Assembly: GCF_000008385.1 (NCBI RefSeq)
Contig: NC_006833.1
Span: 990,001-1,022,000, forward strand
Reading direction: 5' to 3'
From: Wolbachia endosymbiont strain TRS of Brugia malayi
GTDB taxonomy: Bacteria; Pseudomonadota; Alphaproteobacteria; Rickettsiales; Anaplasmataceae
DNA: 32,000 bases
Shown here: positions 17,541-26,504 of the stretch, one piece after another
Numbering within the stretch: the stretch's first letter is position 1
How the letters are laid out: the number at the start of each line of letters is the position of its first letter
Program-made: the position numbers and the translations under genes
The notes under the pieces: model-generated
What the model was told of the DNA's origin: nothing
Seen by the model: only the letters and a program-made list of their open reading frames with translations
The model's database searches: none

Positions 17541-19166
17541 TTAGAGATACGACACTTCTGCACCTGATTTTTCAGCCTTAAGTTGACTAAACGTTGTAGC
17601 AGGTTTATCTTTTTTGAAGTCTTCTTCTAAGTCTTCACTCACATCTTCTACTGCTGGCGGGGAAGCAGAAGGCTGTTGTTCCACCAGCTTGCCCAAAGAA
17701 CCTGTGTTTTTCAAGCTTGCACGAGCTTTAGCCAAGTCTTCTGGAGAAAGACTTTGTTTTTCCAACGTAGAAGGACCAGAATCCATTCCACTATCAGAAC
17801 TTAAGGAGCCCAGAGAAAGACTTTTTGGTACCTGTAGTAGAACAGCTGGAGTAAGCACAGGAGAACCATATAAGCTATTAGGTGAGTTGCTTCTAAAAAG
17901 ATTAGGGTTGACTGTTACAGTTTTATCAACACCTTCAGCTGGAACAGGAATACCATAAAAAGTTCTCTTTCCTATTTCTCTAGCTAGTATGTCTGATTCA
18001 GGAAGAACTTGATACTTAACGTTAGCAGCTTCTTCTGGTGCTTTGCTTACTTTATTCCATGGTAACCACCTTAGGAGCTTACTAGAAGATCGTACTTTTC
18101 TATGCCCCTCAGAATTCAACAATTCTGCTACACTATTAACAGTACTGTCAGTTCTTACAGAACTAAGTGAATTGCTTCTTGGTAAACTAGATTGTGTTGA
18201 ATCTTTTCTGTTTTCATCATGCCTTTTTGCCATTCTATTAAGACTTTCTGAAAAATTATGCTCTGTTTTGTGCTCTTTAACAATTCTCTTAATCTCATCA
18301 TGGTGTTCAGAGAAAATTTCATAAAGATTGTTGTCACCTTGAGCTAATAGATTTTGCAACTTCTTAGAGCTTAATTTGCTAACAAAATCTGCTTGCTGCC
18401 CTAATTGATTGATTAACTGGTCCTTTTTGAACCCTTGTTGACCATCAACAGAGTAAGCTTTTTCTAATACTTTTCCCTTCAATTCAGAGAATATTTTTTT
18501 GACTAAAACAGAGCTATCAATAGCTTTGTCTTCAAAAACCTCCTTAACGAACATTTCTTTTATACTATTAAAATTTTTCGTTTTTTCTTCTGTTTTTGAA
18601 ACAACCATTGAATCTTGCAGCCCTATTGAATACGGGATGCTATCTAAATTAGACATACTCGCACCTAAACCACTTAGCTTATGCCCCATTGTTTTCAACA
18701 CAGAACTAGTTTCCTCCCTTGCTACTTGTCCTATAGAACTCACAGCTTCTTTTACTGAGTCTTTAGTATGTATAGCACTATCTTTAATTTTTTCCCCAAT
18801 ATATTTTACCCCTTTAATTGTCTTTTCTGCAGCATATCTGAAGCCCGCCTCTACTTGTGCCCTGCATCTATATACAGTTGCACCAAGTGCTACAAGTGCT
18901 ACAGTTGCAAGTACTCCACCTACTATACTACCAGCAATTATCGGAGCTGCTGCAATGGCAAAACCAGCTCCTACTGTCATGGCTGTTGCTAACGTACCTA
19001 TAAATAAACCAAGTATTACTCTGTTCGTTACTTCTAACGACTTTATCCTTTTCTCCAATGATTGCATTTGTTGTAATAAACCCTCCGAAGAAGGTGTAAT
19101 ATTATCTACTTGTTGAAGTTTTTGTGCTTCAACAGAATTTGAATTTGCTTCTTGACTAAGTAACAT
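17541..19166 (-). CDS. Orphan hypothetical protein with an N-terminal coiled-coil-like segment, a 50-residue uncharged bilobed hydrophobic domain, and a long Ser/Lys/Glu-rich tail
   Basis: The track ORF starts at a GTG (19178). The ATG at 19166 (MLLSQEANS...) is preceded by GAGG 6 nt upstream, so I prefer it. The hydrophobic block VILGLFIGTLATAMTVGAGFAIAAAPIIAGSIVGGVLATVALVALGATVY is encoded at 18870-19019. The C-terminal part reads ...LSLGSLSSDSGMDSGPSTLEKQSLSPEDL...EDVSEDLEEDFKKDK.... I recognise no family. Confidence 0.7.
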   Translation of the reverse strand: MLLSQEANSNSVEAQKLQQVDNITPSSEGLLQQMQSLEKRIKSLEVTNRVILGLFIGTLATAMTVGAGFAIAAAPIIAGSIVGGVLATVALVALGATVYRCRAQVEAGFRYAAEKTIKGVKYIGEKIKDSAIHTKDSVKEAVSSIGQVAREETSSVLKTMGHKLSGLGASMSNLDSIPYSIGLQDSMVVSKTEEKTKNFNSIKEMFVKEVFEDKAIDSSVLVKKIFSELKGKVLEKAYSVDGQQGFKKDQLINQLGQQADFVSKLSSKKLQNLLAQGDNNLYEIFSEHHDEIKRIVKEHKTEHNFSESLNRMAKRHDENRKDSTQSSLPRSNSLSSVRTDSTVNSVAELLNSEGHRKVRSSSKLLRWLPWNKVSKAPEEAANVKYQVLPESDILAREIGKRTFYGIPVPAEGVDKTVTVNPNLFRSNSPNSLYGSPVLTPAVLLQVPKSLSLGSLSSDSGMDSGPSTLEKQSLSPEDLAKARASLKNTGSLGKLVEQQPSASPPAVEDVSEDLEEDFKKDKPATTFSQLKAEKSGAEVSYL

Positions 19167-19620
19167 TTTGAACCTCACTATTAATCAAACATATTGATAT
19201 TGTATGCCTCCAATCCTTAAGTTAGTATTAACTGGGCTGTTAGTGCTCATTCATCTTTAAATAGTTTTGTTTGACGTGTTTTTCTGTGGCGTAGAAATCA
19301 GGTTAAAGGCTTTCCGGGCTAAAGTATTTATGTGATGTATAAAAGGGCATTCTTCTTCTTAATTATTGCAGTTTTAACAATAGTTTTATTATCCAATCAT
19401 TATTCTACCTACATGAAAACGCAGTGCACCTAAGAACAATAATAAGGGATTTAAAATAAGGCCAGAAAGTTCTATAGGGTTAACCATATCACATAGAGAA
19501 AAGAAAGTGTAAGATCACGTCTTCCATTCTGATAATTAACTCGTAAATAAAAGTAATTTATGCTTGCATTTTCTTATTAAAGAAGTAATACTAGTGTATT
19601 AACTGATAGAATTAATCATT

Positions 19621-20658
19621 ATGTTTGATGAACATAATCCTTGGAACCTGGAAAAAAAAACGGTAGGGAATAAAACTCCTAATAATGAAGATATTTTAAG
19701 TAAAGCTATATCTGAGATAAGGTACTTTTTTATTGGTTTAACAAGAAATAGTGGCAAAAAGCCTTATTTCATCATTTTTATTATTTTGTTATTCTATGTC
19801 TGTACTGGTTTTTATATTGTCCATCCAAGTGAAGAAGGCATAGAGCTTACATTTGGTAAATATTCCAATACGGAAACACCTGGCTTGCGTTATCACTTCC
19901 CTTACCCTATCGGCAAGGTTTTTAAAGTGAACGTTAAGGAAGTAAATCGTGAAGAAATTGGGATAAGTAGCCCTTATGGGCGAGATACAGATCGCGGCGA
20001 AGGTGTGATGCTCACTGGAGATGAGAATATAGTTAACGTTAACTTTGAGGTCCAATGGCGCGTTAGGGACGCTAAGGATTATTTATTCAAAGTAAGGGAT
20101 TATAAACCTGGTTTTAGTGTTAAAAATGCTGCTGAGAGTGCTATGAGAGAAATAATAGGCAAAAACACGATCTCTTTTGCACTCGAAGGTCAAGGTAGAG
20201 CTGAAATTTCCAGAGACACTAGAATTTTATTGCAACAAATTCTTGACGGATATCAAATGGGCATAGAAATTTTATCTGTTCAAATGAAAAAAATCGACCC
20301 ACCAGAAAAAGTAATTAGCTCATTTAGAGATGTACAAAGTGCTCGTGCAGATAAAGAGCGTACTATAAATGAGGCATATGCTTACAGCAATGATATTATA
20401 CCTCGAGCAAAGGGTGAGGCAATAAAGATAAAACTAGATGCGGAAGCATATGAAAATGAGATAATAAATGAAGCAAAAGGTAATGCAAATCGCTTTTTAT
20501 CTCTTTATGAGGAATACAAGCAAAATCCTTCTCTCGTAAAAAACCGTATTTATCTTGAAACTATGGAAAATATCTTTAATAAAGTAGATAAAGTTGTTGT
20601 CACTGAAGATTTGAAAGGTATGTTTTCTTATTTACCTCTTACAAATTTGGGAAAATAA
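19621..20658 (+). CDS. hflK: Protease modulator HflK (SPFH/band-7 family)
   Basis: 345-aa ORF with an N-terminal TM segment followed by an SPFH domain (YIVHPSEEGIELTFGKY..., MLTGDENIVNVNFEVQWRV). It is followed directly by hflC. Confidence 0.9.
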   Translation: MFDEHNPWNLEKKTVGNKTPNNEDILSKAISEIRYFFIGLTRNSGKKPYFIIFIILLFYVCTGFYIVHPSEEGIELTFGKYSNTETPGLRYHFPYPIGKVFKVNVKEVNREEIGISSPYGRDTDRGEGVMLTGDENIVNVNFEVQWRVRDAKDYLFKVRDYKPGFSVKNAAESAMREIIGKNTISFALEGQGRAEISRDTRILLQQILDGYQMGIEILSVQMKKIDPPEKVISSFRDVQSARADKERTINEAYAYSNDIIPRAKGEAIKIKLDAEAYENEIINEAKGNANRFLSLYEEYKQNPSLVKNRIYLETMENIFNKVDKVVVTEDLKGMFSYLPLTNLGK

Positions 20659-20660
20659 CC

Positions 20661-21533
20661 ATGAGCAGTAACATTAAAATTGCTTTTGTTTCTATATTTG
20701 CTATCTTGCTGATTGTTCTATCTAATTCAATATTTGTTGTGCAAGAAACAAAGCAAGCAATAGTTATACAACTGGGTAAAGTTGTAAGAGATATTAGAAA
20801 AAGCGGTTTATATTTCAAGTTACCACTTATAAATAACGTAGAATTTCTTGATAAGAGAGTTTTAGATTTAAGTCCTGACAAAACTCCAAGAGAAGTGATA
20901 ACTGCAGATCAAAAACGTGTCATAGTAGATGCTTATGCAAAATATAAAATAGTAGATCCTATCACTTTTTACCAAACTGTGGGAAATGAATCAGGGTTAG
21001 TCAGAAGATTATATCCAATCATGGAAGCTCATATAAGGGAAAATATAGGGAGGTTTTCATTAATTAGTTTATTAAATGAAAAAAGATCAGAAGTCATGCA
21101 ACTAATCCAGCGTGGAGTTTACTCTGAAGCTGGAAAATTTGGTATAGAAATAATAGATGTCAGGATTAAGAGAGCAGATTTACCAGAGGAAAATAGCTCT
21201 GCAATATTTCGGCGTATGCAAACTGAAAGAGAAAAAGAAGCAAAAGAAATTAGAGCAGAAGGAGAACAAGCAGGGCAGGAAATTAGATCAAAAGCTGATA
21301 AACTAAAAAGGGAAATTATTGCTAGTGCAGTAAGAGAAGCTTATGAAATAAGAGGTCGTGGTTATGCTGAAGCAACTAGAATTTATAACAGTGCATTTAA
21401 AGTTGATGAAGAGTTTTTTAACTTTTATCGCTCTATGAGAGCTTACAGTAAGTCATTTACTGAAAATAACACTAAATTTATACTTTCACTAAATAATAAT
21501 TTCTTAAATATTTTGAATAAGGGATGGAAATAG
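20661..21533 (+). CDS. hflC: Protease modulator HflC (SPFH/band-7 family)
   Basis: 290-aa ORF starting 2 bp after hflK, with a TM segment and an SPFH domain (FVVQETKQAIVIQLGKV...IEIIDVRIKRADLPEE). Confidence 0.9.
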   Translation: MSSNIKIAFVSIFAILLIVLSNSIFVVQETKQAIVIQLGKVVRDIRKSGLYFKLPLINNVEFLDKRVLDLSPDKTPREVITADQKRVIVDAYAKYKIVDPITFYQTVGNESGLVRRLYPIMEAHIRENIGRFSLISLLNEKRSEVMQLIQRGVYSEAGKFGIEIIDVRIKRADLPEENSSAIFRRMQTEREKEAKEIRAEGEQAGQEIRSKADKLKREIIASAVREAYEIRGRGYAEATRIYNSAFKVDEEFFNFYRSMRAYSKSFTENNTKFILSLNNNFLNILNKGWK

Positions 21534-21536
21534 TTT

Positions 21537-23027
21537 ATGAAAAGTAAGGTTTTATCTATATTTGCATGTTTTCTGATTTCATTTTCTTCGTATGCTAATA
21601 TGTTTGATTGGGGTACAAGAAAGGTCTCAGACACTAATACCTATGTATGCAACTGTAATCAAGGGCTTGCTGACCTAGTGGAAGAACTTATTCCTGCAGT
21701 TGTAAACATCTCAAGTGAACAAATAATTAAGCAAGAAAATAACAATAGAACTAAAACCCCTTCTTTTGCACCAAGAAATAATTTCTTTGACGATTTTAGA
21801 GAGTTCTTTGAGCATTTTGATCAGTTTTTTACAGATAGGAACCCTAGTATCAACAGAGAAGTGGTATTACTTGGATCAGGATTCATTATAGATAAAAGTG
21901 GAACTATAGTAACCAATTATCACGTTATTAAAAACGCCCAAGACATCACAGTTACTATGAATGATAACACCTATTTCAAAGCAGAAGTTTTGGGTTACGA
22001 TGCAAGAACTGACCTCGCTGTGCTTAAGATCAAAGCTGACAAAGACCTTTCCTTTGTAACGTTTAGTAACTCCGATAAAGCAAGGGTTGGTGATACGGTT
22101 ATGGCAATAGGTAACCCATTTGGTTTAGGTGGTTCTGTAAGTACAGGAATTATATCTGCAAGGTCCAGGGACATTAGTATTGGCACCACGAGTGAGTTTA
22201 TTCAAACTGATGCTGCAATTAATAGAGGTAACTCTGGAGGTCCATTATTTGATTTAAATGGAAAAGTTATAGGTATTAACACTGCTATTTATTCCCCATC
22301 TGAGTCTGGCGGCAATGTGGGTATAGGCTTTGCTATACCATCTAATCTAGCTATATCCATTATTGATACATTAAAAAGTGGTAAAAAAATAAAACACGGT
22401 TGGCTTGGCGTACAAGTCCAGCCTATAACAAGAGAATTTGCTGAATCTTTAGGTTTAAAAGACGTAAAAGGTGCACTGGTTGCAAACATAGTGAAGGATA
22501 GTCCTGCAGAAAAAGGTGGTATTAAGGTAGGTGACATATTATTAGAATTTGATGGTAAAAAAATTGATAGAATGACACAACTACCTCAAATGGTTTCAAG
22601 GACTGAACCTGGGAAAAAAGTGCAAATTAAGTTATTGAGAAAAGGTAAAGAAGTTAATGTTAAAGTTGTTATCGAAGAATCTGTAAATGACAGCAAAGAT
22701 AGCAATACAGAAGAAAATAGATCAATATCTGACTATATAACTGGTTTAACTGTTTCAAATCTACCAAAAGAGCCAAAAGAAAGTAAAAATGACACGCCTA
22801 TAAAAGGTGTGATAGTTACCAATGTAGATAGTAATAGTAACGCTACACTGCGTGGTATCAAAAAAGGAGATATCATTATTCAACTAGATGGGGTTGATAT
22901 AGAAAATACTGAAAATTTTCAAAAACAAGTTGATTTAGCAATAAAGAAAAGCGGTAAAGATTCAATAATGTTGCTTATTTACCGCAATGGAAATCAGTTT
23001 TTTACTTCGATAAAGTTGAAGAAGTAA
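21537..23027 (+). CDS. degP: Periplasmic serine endoprotease DegP/HtrA (Do family) with two PDZ domains
   Basis: 496-aa ORF with a signal peptide and catalytic triad contexts TNYHVI, DLAVLKI and GNSGGPLFD. Two PDZ-like regions are present (GWLGVQVQPIT...; VTNVDSNSNATLRGIKKGDIIIQLDG). Confidence 0.9.
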   Translation: MKSKVLSIFACFLISFSSYANMFDWGTRKVSDTNTYVCNCNQGLADLVEELIPAVVNISSEQIIKQENNNRTKTPSFAPRNNFFDDFREFFEHFDQFFTDRNPSINREVVLLGSGFIIDKSGTIVTNYHVIKNAQDITVTMNDNTYFKAEVLGYDARTDLAVLKIKADKDLSFVTFSNSDKARVGDTVMAIGNPFGLGGSVSTGIISARSRDISIGTTSEFIQTDAAINRGNSGGPLFDLNGKVIGINTAIYSPSESGGNVGIGFAIPSNLAISIIDTLKSGKKIKHGWLGVQVQPITREFAESLGLKDVKGALVANIVKDSPAEKGGIKVGDILLEFDGKKIDRMTQLPQMVSRTEPGKKVQIKLLRKGKEVNVKVVIEESVNDSKDSNTEENRSISDYITGLTVSNLPKEPKESKNDTPIKGVIVTNVDSNSNATLRGIKKGDIIIQLDGVDIENTENFQKQVDLAIKKSGKDSIMLLIYRNGNQFFTSIKLKK

Positions 23028-23049
23028 TCTCATTACTAAGTCCATAAAC

Positions 23050-23395
23050 GGATTTCAGTTTACCAGAATAGTGTCTTCCAAGTTATCCCCCACCACACAA
23101 AAAATGCAAAAATTACTTGACATTACAAGCCCTGCCAATCCTCTTATCATAATGCTGGAGGTATTTAGTTATCTTTATCTGCGCAGATTGAATAGCAGGA
23201 GTATAATATGATTAGTGTCTTATTTTTCAATTTTTGCCTATGCGCACCCTATGTCTTCAACAACAGTCTAGGTTTTACTATACAAGTCGAAATGCGCTTA
23301 TAAAGCTTTAGACTTAAAAAATGTCGATACTGAAAATAGATAGTAGAGTTAGGGCTTCTTTTGCCTTTTTCTGAGTTGGTTAAAAATTTAACCAA
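23050..23395 (+). repeat. Copy D of the ~350-bp intergenic repeat family
   Basis: It shares AAATGCAAAAATTACTTGACA, GCAGATTGAA, CTTATTTTTCAATTTTTGCC, AAGTCGAAATGCGCTTATAAAGCTTTAGAC and AGGGCTTCTTTTGCCTTTTTCTGAGTTGGTTAA, collinear with copies A-C. Confidence 0.7.
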
Positions 23396-23743
23396 CTTTT
23401 ATTATGAGACTTTTTACATATTTGAGCAAGAGGCTACTACTTGATATCATGCAAGTAGTTGAAACTGGGAAAGAATATCAGTAAACAAGAACGTTCAGTA
23501 GAATACCTAAACTTTTATAAAAGAAATTTCACTACCATTCAGCTAAAATTCAAGCATTTCAATGCTTTAGCTATTTTGAATAGAATTGAATTTATTAATA
23601 CAAATAACGAATTACTATTTGATCAGATTGATTGCAAAAAAAATAAGATTTTTAATAGGTTAACTATAATCTTAACTAGAGTTAACTTTTCATAGGTTGC
23701 GAGCAACAAAGCTAGCTGGAATCAAGAAATAAAAGACTGTATG

Positions 23744-23826
23744 CTAATGTTACACACTGGATGACAAGAGAGGATACGGAATGACAGGAAAAGGAGGCTA
23801 CTTGGATGACACCACACCCCCCTTCC
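23744..23826 (+). repeat. Cluster of GGATGACA-type short motifs: the expanded copy of a short element also present at 26472-26504
   Basis: The sequence is CTAATGTTACACACTGGATGACA...GGAATGACA...CTTGGATGACACCACACCCCCCTTCC. The outer parts match CTAACGTTACGCGCTGGAATGATACCCCCTTGC at 26472-26504 in the same orientation. It is locally G+C-rich compared with its surroundings. Confidence 0.5.
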
Positions 23827-23957
23827 ATGGAAATTATCTCAAACCCCAATGTCCATATGGTTATGTCCAAAAGGGCCAGGATTTTACCTCCGACCCTGGT
23901 TAAGTGGTTATAGTGAAATAAGATATATTAAATAAATAAACCCAATAGCTTAAAGAA

Positions 23958-26102
23958 TTAAAATAGATTCTTAAAGAAAGCCTTAGCCCCACTTGTACTA
24001 ATAGAATCCAAATGTGAAGATGGTCGCTTATCTTTAGGTCCCTTGATAGGAGCACTCGGGTTTAAAGATGATAAATCAGTGTCAGTGCATTTACAATGGT
24101 ACGGCAAATTATTTCCTTTAGAAGGTGATATGTGATACTTGCCAGGTTCAAATGTAAGTTCTAGACCAAGCTTTTTTTTATCAATATCTTTACCTTCATT
24201 ATACAGTACAGAAGGATCATGTTCTCTATTATAACGCGACACATCAATTGTTTTACTTGGTATAATAGTTTTGCTTGATATGTTACTTGATGCAGAATCA
24301 CTGCTTGTAGTCGATAAACTACTTACTGATGAAGCGTACTGAAAAGAACCTCGAGGGAATTTACCCTCACCACTAGATTCCACAACGTCAATAACACTCG
24401 ACCATCGCAAGGAACTTATACCACTATCAATCGTACCACCTGTTTTATTTGTAGATTGTGGTGAACCTGATTTACAAGAAATAGCACTGTCCGTAGAAAT
24501 AACAGAAATGTTAGACTTATGTCTTTCTCTTATTTGCTCCTCCTGACTAGCAGCTTTACTTATTTTACTGTTAGTATCAGCAGTTGTTGTATGCCGTGGT
24601 AACAGAGGAGAAAGCTTTTTTATACCTGGTATTTTACTTAATAGTTCCCAAGGAGATCCACTACCAGCATTTACCTCAGCAGCACTTATAGACCGATCAC
24701 TACCTTCACCTGAATCTATAGTATTGTGTAGTAGCTCCTTTTCTTTTGGACTATATCTGGGAGACTTTAAGTGTGTTAGCGGCTGTTCATGAAGTGAGCA
24801 CCACTTTAATTCCAGTTGGTCACTCTGTTCAGGAGAAACATAGAATTCTGAATATAGTTTCTTTCTTTCATAAGACAAAGAAAGAATTGAGTATAGCTTC
24901 TCCCTACCTTTAGGAGAAAAGAGAGAGCCTAATATTTCTGTTTTTGATTTCTCATTATTATCAAGAGGTAAACTAAATATAAAACGCTGCAGAATGTATT
25001 CTTTTGCTTCATCATCAATCGTAAATGATCTTTTTAAAGGCTTATAAGGGATGGCTAATTCATGATCTTCATTGATTACGGAGTTTTCTATGATTTTATT
25101 TATTACACAGTGAGAAATCTCTGGGTTAGAAAAGTTTATACCACATACCCAACTGCTTCCATTTATTGTTAATGCTGCTTGAGTATCACCACTAATATCA
25201 TCAAACACAGCACCATTAAATGTCTCATTTAGAACTAAAGCTTCTTTACATGTTAATAACCTAGCTCCTTTACAACTTCGTATAACTGGTATAAGAATTG
25301 AGGCTTCTTTTCTACCTAGAGGAGAAGCACACATAAAACCAGCTATTATTATTCCCGTTGATTGATAAACAGACTCTATTATCATATCTTTAAATAACTT
25401 TACTTTATAGTTATCACTACTGCTAACTCCAAGGTACATCCCTACAAGCCATGCAGTATACCGTGTTATACTATCAACAAACTGAATATCATTAAAAATA
25501 TCTTTTATATATACATCATTGTCCTTCACTTTCAAAGGTTTCTGAGGAATATTCTCATATCTTTGCTCTATACCTGATAAAAATAAATTTACAAATTCCT
25601 CACATAACTTTGTATTAGGAAATTCACCCTGCCACAAATAACCTTCTTTGTTAGGTGCTTTAATAAACATAGTAGAAGCCGGCATATCTACTCGAACATC
25701 TTTTGCAAGTGAAGCAGCTAAATGAGACTTTAAATTAAAAATTACACCTGGATCAATAGGCGTTACAAACTCAAGCCTATTATTATCTTCATCTAAATAC
25801 CACTCTCCTTTACTAAGATCAAATGGAAAAGACTTTATATCAAAAATTAACTCAGCTGTATTTAATATTTCTTTATCATTACCTTTCTCAATATCGTAGA
25901 ATTCACATATTATCCTTCTTTTTATATCACTTAGGTATCTTCTACACTGATAATCATCCATACCTTTATCAAATGAAACTATAACACAGTCTTTCTTGTC
26001 TCTCCTTTGCACAGAAAAATTAGTGTCAATTATACGACGAGCATAATTATTTACATTAAAAGCACTAATCAGTGCACTTACTGTTTTTTTTATATTAGGC
26101 AT
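23958..26102 (-). CDS. Orphan hypothetical protein with a ~480-aa probably globular N-terminal part and a Ser-rich, disordered-looking C-terminal part
   Basis: The track ORF is 23958..26210 (750 aa), but it begins at a GTG and overlaps the upstream small ORF by 80 nt. The ATG at 26100-26102 (MPNIKKTVSAL...) follows a G6 run (GGGGGGTAT-ATG) and leaves a 28-nt gap after the small ORF. The C-terminal region contains NTIDSGEGSDRSIS, GGTIDSGISSLRWS and SSVSSLSTTSSDSASSNISS. I recognise no catalytic motif. Confidence 0.7.
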   Translation of the reverse strand: MPNIKKTVSALISAFNVNNYARRIIDTNFSVQRRDKKDCVIVSFDKGMDDYQCRRYLSDIKRRIICEFYDIEKGNDKEILNTAELIFDIKSFPFDLSKGEWYLDEDNNRLEFVTPIDPGVIFNLKSHLAASLAKDVRVDMPASTMFIKAPNKEGYLWQGEFPNTKLCEEFVNLFLSGIEQRYENIPQKPLKVKDNDVYIKDIFNDIQFVDSITRYTAWLVGMYLGVSSSDNYKVKLFKDMIIESVYQSTGIIIAGFMCASPLGRKEASILIPVIRSCKGARLLTCKEALVLNETFNGAVFDDISGDTQAALTINGSSWVCGINFSNPEISHCVINKIIENSVINEDHELAIPYKPLKRSFTIDDEAKEYILQRFIFSLPLDNNEKSKTEILGSLFSPKGREKLYSILSLSYERKKLYSEFYVSPEQSDQLELKWCSLHEQPLTHLKSPRYSPKEKELLHNTIDSGEGSDRSISAAEVNAGSGSPWELLSKIPGIKKLSPLLPRHTTTADTNSKISKAASQEEQIRERHKSNISVISTDSAISCKSGSPQSTNKTGGTIDSGISSLRWSSVIDVVESSGEGKFPRGSFQYASSVSSLSTTSSDSASSNISSKTIIPSKTIDVSRYNREHDPSVLYNEGKDIDKKKLGLELTFEPGKYHISPSKGNNLPYHCKCTDTDLSSLNPSAPIKGPKDKRPSSHLDSISTSGAKAFFKNLF

Positions 26103-26130
26103 ATACCCCCCTATTTCTAAATTAGAATAA

Positions 26131-26355
26131 TTATCTTTTCTGACTGCTACTAGCTCCACTAGAGTAACACCCGCCCATAGAGCTACTAGGCTGATTAGAC
26201 TGGTGCTCACGTTCTCTTTCTTGTATTCTTCTTGCTACATCGCTATGATCATCATACCTTGCTCCTTTAACTCGTACTACTATTCCACCACCTTCACCTT
26301 TTTCATTCCTAAGTTTCCACTCTTCCATTCCTTTAAAACCTTTATCGCCATGCAT
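26131..26355 (-). CDS. Small orphan ORF (74 aa) with an unusually strong ribosome-binding site, immediately upstream of the large orphan
   Basis: AGGAGGTGAT (reverse complement of 26356-26365) directly abuts the ATG at 26353-26355. I saw no SD of comparable strength at the other gene starts I inspected here. The protein is MHGDKGFKGMEEWKLRNEKGEGGGIVVRVKGARYDDHSDVARRIQEREREHQSNQPSSS.... I recognise no family, and it could be the 5' remnant of a frameshifted longer gene. Confidence 0.45.
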   Translation of the reverse strand: MHGDKGFKGMEEWKLRNEKGEGGGIVVRVKGARYDDHSDVARRIQEREREHQSNQPSSSMGGCYSSGASSSQKR

Positions 26356-26471
26356 ATCACCTCCTAAATAAAAATATTATGTAATTAGTATATAATAAAT
26401 AAATCATCAGTGCAAACATTTTTTTATATTTTTTCAAAAATTTTTATTCGTCTTTCTTATATTCCTAGATT

Positions 26472-26504
26472 CTAACGTTACGCGCTGGAATGATACCCCC
26501 TTGC
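26472..26504 (+). repeat. Compact copy of the short GGAATGATA/CCCCCTT element, a direct repeat of 23744-23826
   Basis: CTAACGTTACGCGCTGGAATGATACCCCCTTGC aligns with both ends of the 23744-23826 element. It abuts and overlaps the stop codon of the 26504-27967 orphan. Confidence 0.5.

Noticed and set aside
23459-23695. 78-aa plus-strand ORF between repeat copy D and the GGATGACA motif cluster
   Set aside because: It has a TTG start with no SD and an Asn/Ile/Phe/Lys-rich translation typical of random AT-rich DNA. It may be a remnant but cannot be supported as a gene.
23760-23957. Locally G+C-rich patch with a CCAGG-N14-CCTGG hairpin, considered as a small structured RNA (SRP RNA, tmRNA or RNase P fragment)
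   Set aside because: None of the conserved motifs I know for 4.5S/SRP RNA, tmRNA (tRNA-like 3' end, tag ORF) or RNase P RNA are present. The stem is only 5 bp with a long loop.
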